Shown: one piece after another, positions 1 to 11,100 of the stretch
How the letters are laid out: each line of letters starts with the position of its first letter
Numbering within the stretch: the first letter of the stretch is position 1
NCBI GenBank assembly: GCA_002269645.1
Contig: NIVC01001859.1
Location: 58,444 to 122,443 of the forward strand
Length of the DNA stretch: 64,000 nt
Direction of reading: 5' to 3'
Source of the DNA: Macrostomum lignano
Taxonomy: Eukaryota
Made by a program: the position numbers and the translations under genes
Notes under the pieces: generated by a model
Seen by the model: the letters and a program-made list of their open reading frames with translations, nothing else
What the model was told of the DNA's origin: nothing
Database searches by the model: none

Positions 1-3000
1 GTCAGAGTGCCATCGCGTGCCACTGTCTAGCTGCCAGGATTCCAGGCCCAGCCACGGGGGAATCATTCGAGTCTCGCCAAGCCTTGTTGCCAGCTTGTTG
101 GCCCTCTGTGGCCTGCAGATGTGCACAAGTTGCCAGTCTGCAGTGGTCGGGCTCCTCAGCACCGGTCGGTAGCCAGCCTAGCTTTCTCCTTGTTGGCCTG
201 GCCTCGATGCTCTCTCTGATGGCACCGTTGGAATCAGGGGGTGGATGCCTCGGTTCCACTGGCTCAGAGGTCCTTGAAATGGCCAACAACTATCAGCTCA
301 GCCGGAGTCAGGCCGTGGTTGCATTTGCTATCAACCGGTAGCATTGCAGAAACTTGCAGATTGCTTCCTTGAAGCTGATGCCATCCTTGAGTTGCGCCTT
401 TAGCGACTCCTTCAGGGTGCAGTTGAGGCACTCAACATTTGAGTTTGACTGCTAATAGTACAGCAAGGTCCTCGCATGCTGCACACAGTAGCTGACTAGA
501 AACTCCTTGAAGGCGTAGCTGGTGAACTGTGGTCCGTTGTCAGTCATGATCTTGCCTGGAAGTCCCATCAAGCAAACAGGTCCTTGAGGAAGTTGGCGAT
601 GACCTTGGTCGTCATTGAAGCCATAGTCCAAATCTCTGGCCACTTGGAGTGTAGGTCAATGGCAACAATTGCAAATTGGCTGCTGGCTGGTGCTTCGTGG
701 ATCTTGCCAAAGATGTCCAGCTAAATCTAGCTAAACAGCTCTTTGGTCCACTCAGTTGTCTGCAATGGAGCAGCGGGTCGCTTCCACTTCTCTGCTAGGC
801 AGCAGCTGACGCAGGACTTGGCCAGATCCTCCAGTTGGGTGTCGATTCCTGGCTACCAGACCGTATCGCGAGCTCAGTGCTTCATCTTGACAATGCCACA
901 ATGTCCCTAGTGGATCAGCGCTAGTGCAGTGGTGCATAGACTCTTGGGCACAACCGCACAGTTGCCGCAAACCAGGAAGTTGCCAACCATTGACATCTCG
1001 TCTTCAGAGCTTGAAGATTTTCTCCTCATCTGTTGTGGCTCCTTCCAGTTTGCTTGAAGCTTTGTGGAGACACTGCAAATGAGTGGATCAGGCTGCAAGT
1101 GCCTGTCCAGCAGCTCGGCCAATAGAATCCCGTCTAGCACCTGGTGGATGTCGGTGATCTTGTCGTCATTATCGTTGCTGTCTGTCAACTTGGGTGGTTG
1201 CTCGAAATGGGGCAGGAAGTCTGGCACAACATTGTCCTTTCTAGGCTTATACTCAATGCTGAAGTTGTACTGCAGGAGCCAGTCATTCCATTGGTGGATC
1301 CGCAGCGGCTTGTGCCCAGTGCCTTGGGTACACAGCAGTGCCTTGGGAGCCAAATGGTCAGTGTGCAAAGTCAGCCATCTGCCGTAGGTGTAGATGTGCC
1401 AGCGCTTGAGAGCCCAGATACACACCAGGGCCTTTTTCTTGCTAGCTGAGTATCTGGACTCTGTTGGTGTCAGTGCTTGCGAGGCGTAGGCCACCGGCTT
1501 CTCTGACTGCCTATGCGTTGAAGCAGCACGCACCAAGCGCAAAGTCAGATGCATTGCACTCAACAATTGTGTCAGCATTGCATTCAAATGGCTTAGCACC
1601 AGCAGACTCGTCAGCTGTTGCTTGAGTTTGGCAAAAGCAGCATCCCACTCACTCGTCTAGTGGAAGACAGTGTCCTTCTTGAGCAGCTTTCGCAGTGGTC
1701 TCACTGTCTTAGCGAAATTGGGTATGAACTTGGCAAAGTAGTTGACGTTGACAGGAATGACAAGATGCCCCATGCTGTCATCAGTGCTGGGATGCAGAGC
1801 ACGTCTTCAATGTTAGACTTGGATGGTCGAACTCCATTGGCTGAGATCCTGTAGCCCAAGAACACAATTTCTGGCATCTGGCATTTCTCCTTGTTCAGTG
1901 TCAGCCCATTTTCACTAAGATGTTCAAGTACTGCCTGAAGCTGCTTGCCATGCTCATCAGAGTTGACGCCGTGAATGACGATGTTGTCCACTAAGTGCCA
2001 GACACCCTTGATGTTGGCAAGAATGGTTGACAGGATTTTCTAGAAACAGGCACTGGAATTGGACATGTCAAATGGAACCCTCATGAACTGGTAAAGCCCA
2101 CAGTGAGTGATGAATGCAGTCAGCTGCCTACTGCTGGGGTGCAGTGGGATCTGCAGGTAGCTCTGACTTCAGGTCTAGCTTGCTGAAGATCTGTGCACCT
2201 GCAAACTCTGCGGCCAGCTCCTCCTGGGTTGGCATGGGAAACTTATCCCTTGGTTACAGTTGTGCAGATCAATGCATAGTTGCAGGTCGCCATTCTTGGA
2301 TACAACTAGATTGGAAACCAGAGAGAGGCATCAGTCTTCTCGATGACACCTGCAGCCTCATCTTGCTTAGCTTGTCCTTCACGCGGTCCTGAAATGCCAG
2401 CGGCATTCGGCGCAGTGGCTCAACTGTCGGTGTCGCATCCTGGCGCAGCTATGGTCGATGGCAAAACTTCTTGGTCATACCAATGCCATCAAAGATTCCT
2501 GGGAACTCTCCAGCGATGTAATGGATGCTGCTGATTGCATTGGCTCGGATTGAGAATCCCAGCTTGTCTATGCCATTGAGACTGAGGATGTTGGCACCTT
2601 GTTCAGCAATGAAGAAGCGGCAGATGGCGGACTTGCCGCAGTGCACAACGCACAGCTCTGCAGTCTCGAGCACGTCAATTGCGGAGCCTCTGTACAAGAA
2701 CAGCTGCTTCAGAGTCAGTGTGATGACAGGTTGCTTTGGCAGGCATTTCATAGTCTTCTCATTAATGATGTTGACTCTTGAGCCCATGTCCAATAGGAGC
2801 CTGACGTCGATGTCAGCAATGCTGCACGTTGTGGAGTTAAGGAGCAACACTTCATATTCATACAAATGGCTCGTTGTCTTCGTCCTTTATGGCGCAAACC
2901 TAGCGTCGCTGTTGGCAGCAAGCTTTGAAGTGTCAGACCTTGTGGCAGTGCAAGCAGGTCTTGTCTTTTGCTGGACACTCTAAGGCGCAGGTGGCGTGCC

Positions 3001-3991
3001 CAGCCCTCTCGCAGTTGCGGCACCATGTCTCTGTGCCGGATTTCTGCGGCCGCATGCTTGGGTCCCTTGTATGATGGCGTACGCTGGCTGACCTTCTGGA
3101 TGCGGGACTCATCCTTGTCGCTCTTGCCATCACACAGCTTCTTGGTGTCGTTGATTGCAGATTCAACCTGAACCACAAATGTCATCGAGCTCGAGCCCTA
3201 TCCAGCTCAAGCTCCTTCTCCATGAGTAGTCACTCTCAGATATGTGGCAAATAGGTCTTCTCAATGATCTGGTCCTGGATAATTTGGTCATGGAGAGCAC
3301 CATATTTGCAGTCTGCTGCAAGTTTTCAGAGGGCATCAACAAACTGGCTGACCGGTTCGCCTGGCATCTGGGTGCATGACTTGAACTTGTAGCAGTTGCT
3401 GATCATGCTGTACGACTGACTAAAGATTGTTTTCAGTGCAGCCACCAGCTTGTCAAACGTATCAACGCTTGTTGCGGGCAGATTCCTCAGTGTGTAGACT
3501 CTCTAGCCCTTCTCACCTAGCAGATGAATGAGAATTGCCTTCTTGCATGCATCTGATGCTTCATTTAGATCCAAGGCCTCCAGGTAAATCTTGAATCCTT
3601 CAATCCAACAATTTTAAGGCCTGTGTTGCTGTCCTGGGTGGGCAAGAAACATGTGTGGCTCGGAAATGCTTAGACTTGTCGCCATGTTGTACCTTGAGGC
3701 AGCATAGCCAAATGAATAAGATGCAAGAAGCGATTGCAAGGTAGAAAAGTAACAAAGGCTTGAAAGGCTAGTGCGCACTTATATTATAATTCACCTACTA
3801 ACCAGCATGATTCAGCAAACCCCCCACTTGGCCTAGTCAGATCTGGGCAGACAGACAAAACCCCCAGCCAATCAGAACGCAAGAACCCTAACCAGTGTAC
3901 AAGCCGCATACACAACAGAACTAAGTTGCAAATCTGTACAAAACTAAGTCATACCAGATAAGCAAAATTTTGAGGTTGGGCATAAATGACA
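1..3991 (-). mobile_element. Degenerate Ty3/Gypsy LTR retrotransposon (gag-PR-RT-RNaseH-INT), multiple stops/frameshifts, runs off the left edge
   Basis: - strand fragments in Gypsy order: gag from ~3685; CCHC knuckle CRNCERAGH..C (~2950-3030); protease LLDMGSRVNI (~2780); RT LVDNIVIHG (~1990); RNaseH PVAYASQALTPTESRYS...TDH (907-1599); integrase MTDNGPQFTS (452-643). Confidence 0.93.
3685..3991 (-). repeat. Putative 5' LTR (TGTCA...CAACA) followed by PBS-like TGGCGACAAG (3675-3684)
   Basis: On the - strand, CA is directly followed by TGGCGAC(A)AG, resembling the tRNA-Ser(GCT)-type PBS TGGCGACGAG (recalled consensus). The left TG boundary is a guess because the 3' LTR is outside the window. 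Confidence 0.5.
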
Positions 3992-4189
3992 ATACGAGGC
4001 CAACTCCTCCAATGGAGGAGAAAGGGGAAGAACTCCCATCACCAGAATTCCATTCCCTGAAATCCATCAGCTGAAATTCCTACATGACTTCAATCCCATT
4101 TTCCAAATCATCTCCATCATCTGTAAAGCCTTTCAAATACTATATCTTATTTTCCCTGTTCGCAAAAACTGACTGCGATTGTCCAGACT

Positions 4190-4712
4190 CAGCTTCTTCT
4201 GTCTAATCTCTTCTCTCTTCTATTCTCATCGCATCTCTTATCTCTCCTCTCCTCACTACTTTCTTCTCTTAATTCTCTCATCTCTCCTCTCTCCCTTCTC
4301 TCGCTTCTCTCTCCTCTCACTTCTCTCATCTCTACCACCTTATTTATCTCTTCTCCCTCGTCTTTCATCTATACTCTCTCCTGTCTCCTTTCTCCCCTGT
4401 TTTCTACTCTCTCCTCTCTTCTTTCTTCTCTCCTATCTCATCTCTCATCCCTCATCTCTCATCTCACTCTTTCTTTCTCCTCTACTCTCAGCTCCTCTCT
4501 TCTCTCTCCTCTCATCTCTCCTGTCTCCCTCTGCTATCTCATATATTCCCTCTCATTTCCCTCCTCTTTTCTTCTCCCCCTCTTCGTTCCCACCTTACTC
4601 CCCTCTTTTCTCCCATCTGTCATGTCTAATCTCTCCTCTCTCATTTCTAGCCTGTTTTTTATCATCTCTTCCCTCCTCTCTTTTCTCTCTTCTCTTTACT
4701 CTCTTTTCTGAC
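4190..4712. repeat. Polypyrimidine (CT-rich) low-complexity tract
   Basis: Aperiodic C/T-dominated sequence; the ORF over it is compositional. Confidence 0.9.
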
Positions 4713-6229
4713 TGACTGAAGATGCCAAATCCATCAAAATTCTCTCAGGGAAACAGAAATCCTCTCCGCGAAACCGAAATCCTCTCCATGAAACTGAATT
4801 TCTGAAACCATCAAAATTCTCTTTATGAAACTGGACTCAATCGAAATTTTCTCCGTCAAAAAAAATCAGCTCTCAAGATTAATTTGTTAGGGTTAGGGTT
4901 GGAGCTGCACAGCTGCGTGTTAAAAGGGGCCAATAAAAAATTGAGCTAATTGAATCAATAATTGATTGCGCAGTTTATTTCTGTCAGTCAGAATCAGTCT
5001 CAGACTCTCAGCCTCAGGTAAAGTTAACAAAAAGATTGCGCAATCTAAATCAACTGTCCAATACACAGCGACCGACCCCCTTCCAATACGCAGTGGCAGC
5101 TAGAAATTGAACCGCCCAACTGTTGGGGGGGGGTCCATCGAATCAAACCCCCATTGAACCCCAAAATGAGTACAATCTTTGCAAAAAGTAAAAAGTATGA
5201 AAATAGTTTTCCCAATGCAGAGCTTTTAGTTTTTATATTTAAAGCAAACAACTTATATCCCCGAACTCAGCCTTGCAAGATCTTTCTAGAAATATAAGCC
5301 TCTCCTCTCAAAGTTTAAAACTCGAGGAACAGTTAGCGTTTGAAATTTACCGATTTCCTGACTGTTTGCTAGAGAAGCTCGCAAGTTTATTCACTGCCAA
5401 CTGCCAAGCTAATACACAGGGCTGCCTATGGAAAAAGGCGCCAATAATAAAACCAATTGAATCTCGACACAGTCCTAACCTATCTATCTGTTTACACTGT
5501 ACAACTGCTATGTACACTCAGCCAAAAGCAACCCCCCGTGCCGGGGAAATCATTAAATTTAACTGCACCCCAAACACGCGGGGTTTTATTTGCATTGAAC
5601 CCAGAACACACGTCACCCACCCTTCCAATACACAGCGGCCCGTGAGGGGAGGTTGGGGAGGTTGTTTTTACAATTTATGCCACTACCCTTCCACTGAAGA
5701 GGCAAAGTGGCCAAAGAAGGTTAAGAAAACAGTTTTCTGCTTTTTTAATGGACTTAACTTTTAATTTTTTAACATTAAAATAGCCTATTTGTTGTGTAGT
5801 AAAATTCTGCATTGATATATATAAGTCCCACATTTGAGTTGCCAGCCATCTAGGAGGAGATACACGTTAAACCCGGCCGGTTGATTGATTGATCGATCGA
5901 CCCACTCAGCTTTAGATATAAGATATAATAATATATAACAATATATTATAACATTGTTTACAAATTTTTGACTTTTTTATTGTCTTCAACTATAAAACAA
6001 CTTTTAATATGAAAAACTATATTGATTACAGAAAGAAAAAGAAATTAATTATCTATTAGACTAGCTAGCCATTTTTGAAACTTACTAAGGTAGGTTTAGT
6101 TTTAAATTTCAGATTTGGTATAATATACTCAGCAACAGTCAAGTTTTTTCCTCCAAGTGAGATACATTTTACTCACTTATTACAAGTGCTTCTTATGGTA
6201 CACCTGGAGTGCATTGCTAATTTGGGATT

Positions 6230-6420
6230 GTCTAAGGTGATCATGCTATTATTGTAAGCTAATGATATAGCTATGCACTCTGTTGACCTTTCTAGTCCCT
6301 AGATATAAATCCCATCAAGAATGTCTTGGATTTCTAAAATGCAGTATTTGAAAAAAGAATCTACTACAAAATATTTGCAGAGCTGCATTGTGCCATTGAA
6401 TATGCTTGTGATGTACTGTA
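6230..6420 (+). pseudogene. Tc1/IS630-family transposase C-terminal remnant
   Basis: Frame starting 6281 reads C*PF*SLDINPIKNVLDF*NAV...AELHCAIEYA, matching the Tc1 motif WPxxSPDLNPIENxW and the following helix; most changes are C>T/G>A. Confidence 0.7.
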
Positions 6421-7636
6421 GGTTTTGGTTTTTTAGTTGTTTGGTTTGTATCCCACCATTGTTACCACTGACATGTTTTAGATCTTGGTTGCTTGTATGG
6501 GCAATGATGAAATTGCCAAGAATCCCACTGCTGCCACCACTATAGTACTGGCTAGTTGGTTGCTCAGGGCCTTGGTGTCTATTCTACTGCTGCCACTAGT
6601 ATTGTGCTTTTGGGTTTGGCTTTCACTATTATTGCAGGGTTGATAGGGACTGCTGATGCCCAAAGCAACCTTATCAAGGATGTGTATGAGGACTAAAACT
6701 AGGAAAAAATCTAAAATTAAAGGTTGCTATCAGTGTAAGTACCATAAAATCCACAATGAAAGGCCCTGTTTGGGTCCTATGCAAATAAATAATGCTAGAA
6801 CAGTTATCAACTAGTCTCAGAGATTTCAATGTCTAATTGACAGGACTCAATGGTTGCAAATGGCCTAAGTGGCACAGTCTTGGCACTGACTAAAATTGTC
6901 CATGCTTGAGCATGTCTAAGTTTAGCTCTCAGAGGATTCCTAACTCCTAATAACCTTTTTGCTAACTAGTCTCACACAGATAGATGGCAAGGATAGGTCT
7001 ATGTATCTGAAGTAAAGGAAATCATGATTCTTAGAAACATCAATTTTGTAAACTGTAAATGAAAGTACAATAGCAGCTGCCCTCTTACCATTACTTTCAA
7101 TATACTAGAACATCTTATAATTAATTGCTAGAACATCTTATAATCATACTATTGAAAGTTATATAGTTAGTTTTTATTGATTATTGTTAAATTTTTAAGT
7201 TTGACTAGATTGTAGCTCCTTACATTTGACTTGCTTTAGTAAGTTCTTGCTTGAGGATAAAAACTATTTTAAGTATGTTAAAGAATCTACCCCTAGCCTT
7301 TTATTCACAAGTCTACCATTAACTTCACTAGGCTAAATTTCATGTTATAAAGTAGTTATACATAAGCATATAAAAGAGATATATGTTATTATCATAGGAT
7401 TATCTTTGATATTTAATATTGCAAATTTCTAAATTTTGCTATTTCTATAAAGTTTTGAATTCTTTTCTACTAAAACTATATTTTTTCTATCACCTAGTTA
7501 TGCTTTTGAAAACATTTAAATTAAGAATTAAGCACTTTGCTTATCTAATAATACCTATTCCAAAGGATTCTTTACATAAGGGGTTAGCAAACTTTGTTGC
7601 CTTAAGGGCTAGATAGAGACTAGCGCATGACTGCGG

Positions 7637-7830
7637 GCCAGATGAGGAAGAAAGAGGAGAGGGAATAGAGAAGAGAGATTAGAGAAAAGAGAGATTAGAG
7701 AAAAGAGAGGTGAAAGAATAAAGAAGAGAGGAGACAAGAGTATAGGAGTGATGATATAAGAGAGGGGAGAGGAGAAGGGACAAAAAGGAGAGAGTAGAGG
7801 AGAGGAGACAAAAAAGAGTAGGTAAGACAA
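7637..7830. repeat. Polypurine (GA-rich) tract
   Basis: Direct reading; preceded by CTAGCGCATGACTGCG. Confidence 0.85.
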
Positions 7831-8167
7831 GACACAAACCTTAAGCAGGTGGGATAGCCATCGTGAAGTTTCAAAAGACCCCAAGGTCTGGATAGAGAGG
7901 CTTTGAAGGCCGGCGTTTGCTGACCCTTGTAGACTCTACATATCTTAGATTAGAGCCTTGAGATTTCCATTTAAATGCATTCTGTGTATTATTAAATCTG
8001 GTTATTGCATGCGCAGTTTTTCATTGATTGTTCATTTAGATATAGTATAGAAACTAAAACTAATTTTAGGTTGCTTAATAACCATAGTATGTACCCATTG
8101 TTTTTTAAACATATTTGATATTTTATTTTGAAAAATATGCTTTCAGACTGACTATACTACTGTTGGT

Positions 8168-11100
8168 ATGAATAACTGCGGCAGTGATAGCGATGATAAT
8201 GATGATGATTATGTTGAGCTAGCTAATGATGGAGACACTGACATGAGCATAGGACAGTCTCGTCTCCAGTGTCTTTTCTGTCGCAACCAAGCTTCAGTTG
8301 ATTTGGATGATTTAATCAATAAACATTTGCCAGCTGCTCATGGTATTGCCAATTTTGCCAGTTTATTAGTCAGCATTGGTGTGCAGGATCAGCCCACCTG
8401 GGTACAGTTTGTGGCTTTTGTTCGTAGTAAGAATTTCAATGCAACAACAACTGAGGATGGTAGGCTCCAACAGCTGTTGGACGAGTTTCGAGTAACAGCT
8501 GGTGCCGTTCAGGATGGCAGTGGGTGAGTTTTTATACTACTGATTCTGTAGGTGTGGTTAGTAGTGTAGTTGCATCAAGTCTCTTAAAAATATAGTTGTA
8601 TTATCATTATTGACAAATTCCGAATTGCCGATACTTTCAGAAAATCCAGCAATATTGAAATTCAACGCATACAGAATTTGGCCAATTTATTATATAATAA
8701 ATTCAAAATTCAGCACTTGCTAAGTCCGTGAGAGATGACTAGCAATCAGCGCCCCCCCCCCCCGTTTGGGGAGCCGAAAACTTGGGAGTACAATATTTTT
8801 TAATATACTACATCTAACGTTTCTTTGCAATAACCTCAGCAATCCCAATGTAAGCCTTGCATCTCAGCAATTTCCCCCATAAGCCTTAACATTTCTACTC
8901 ACCCCCCTTGACATCTCAGCGATGCCCCCCATAAGCCTTGCAATCTAAAAAATCCCCTGTCAACCTTGAAACCCCCTAACCCTAACCCTAACCCTAACCG
9001 TAAAGCCTTGAAATTTTAGTAGTTCTCCCCAAGAGTCATTATAGCATTACAGCATTATAGCGATTCCCCCCAAGCCTTGACATCGTAGCAATTCCCAAAT
9101 GAATTTTTTTACATGACGCTTCTTTTATCAGCGCTCCCCCCCCGTGAAGAGCCCATTCACAATCCCTTCACGCTGCCTATTCGATTCACCGTTCATCCCT
9201 GCCCATAAAGTGTGTAGGAGGATTGTGTGCACCCCAATGCAACTCTTAAGTCGACATCGTCCTACGTGCCTATTCCGCTGACTCCTGGGTGTATACAGCG
9301 GCTGTTTTTGTCGCCCTGGGTCAATTTTAGTACACAAGGCTTACTAGACTAACGTGGCCGCTCACAAAGTCAAACCAGGGGTTGTAACGCAATAGTCAGA
9401 TCGATATATACTAACCAAGGTTCTCTTTCCGCCTTTCGGTTAATTCAGTGACAACACAATGCCATCAGCGCCTGTTGGTGACATTGACGATCCGCTGATG
9501 TACGAAGTCGACATTGAAGAACTTCTACAATCGCAGGGACTGCATGCCACCGCTGATCTCAGAGCAGCTGGCAAGTCAAACTCTAACAGTCAGGCTATTG
9601 ACAAAGACCAGCGCATAGTTGAATTAGAGTTGCAAGTTGAATCGTTGAAAACTCAAATTGTCAGCATGTCAACCGTGCTCAGACGATTCGCTCTGGGTGG
9701 AAACAGCGATGACGTCATTCCAGCTGCCAGTTCGCGTACGATTGCCGAGTTGAAGGACGATGAAGATGGCTACTATGTTGACAGCTACAGTGGCGCATCT
9801 ATACACGCTGAGATGCTGCAGGTAAGTCTTAGCTTTTAAGTATTAAATGTTTTTCTCTTTTATTTTAATCTGAAACCATCTAAAAAGCATTGATTTGTTG
9901 AAAAGTATGTTTTGAAGAATTTTAGTTTTGTAAAAAATGTGTTTCTAAGTTAATGGTTGACAAACTTTGGAGAACCTAGCGCATGACTGCGAGCTAGGGG
10001 AGAGAAAGGAGAGGAGAGAAGAGAAGAGAAGAGAAAAGGGAAGGGGAGAGAAAAGGAGAGACGAAAGACGAATAACAAGAAAAGAGGAGAGAAGAAAATG
10101 AAGAGGAGAGGAGAGAAGATGAGAGATGAGGGAAGAACAGCGAGGAGAGGAAAGAAGGGAGAGGAGAGGAAAGAAGGGAGAGGAGAGGAAAGGAAAGAAG
10201 AGAGAGGAGAGGAAAGGAAAGAAGGGAGGAGAGGAAAGGAAAGAAGAGAGAGGAGAGGAAAGGAAAGAAGGGAGGAGAGGAAAGAAGGGAGAGGAGAGGA
10301 GAGGAAAGAAGGGAGAGGAGAGGAGAGGAAAGAAGGAGAGGAGAGGAGAGGAAAGAAGGGAGAGGAGAGGAGAGGAAAGAAGGGAGAGGAAAGAAGGGAG
10401 AGGAGAGGAGAGGAAAGAAGGGAGAGGAAAGAAGGGAGAGGAGAGGAGAGGAAAGAAGGGAGAGGAGAGGAGAGGAAAGAAGGGAGAGGAAAGAAGGGAG
10501 AGGAGAGGAGAGGAGAGGTGAGGAGAGGAGAGGAGAGGAGAGAAGAGAAGGGAGAGGAGAGGAGAGGAAAGGAAGGGAGATGAGAGAAGAAGAGAGGAAA
10601 GAAGAAGAGAGGAAAGAGAAGAGAATAGGAGAGAGGAAAAATATAAACCTAACCCTTACTAAAAAACTAACGCAACTGTCACACAGGACCGCATTCGTAC
10701 TGGCGGTTATCACGATTTCATCGCCGGTAATCCGTTGCTATTTAACGAACGCGTTGTCATGGACGTCGGCTGCGGCACCGGCATTCTGAGCATGTTCGCC
10801 GCCCGCGCCGGCGCCGCTAAAGTGCTCGCAGTCGACTGCGCCGAGGTGATCGCGCGCGCTAAAGAGGCGGCCGCAGAAAATGGACTCGAAAATCGGATTA
10901 GCTTCTATCGGGGCAAATTGGAGCAGCTCGATGAGCTCAAAGTTGGAGTCAAAGTTGACGCGATTGTATCCGAATGGATGGGCTACTGCCTGCTGTACGA
11001 GGGCATGCTGGAGAGTGTGCTCTATGCTAGGTGAGTGTTGACCAGCGGCTTTTGCCTGCTGTGCATGCTGAGTCTTTCTTATTGCTGCTAGTTTTGTGTA

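Noticed and set aside
4720-5860. Possible MITE (CCTTCCAATAC.CAG.GGC repeated at ~5081 and ~5621)
   Set aside because: No TIR or TSD could be identified.
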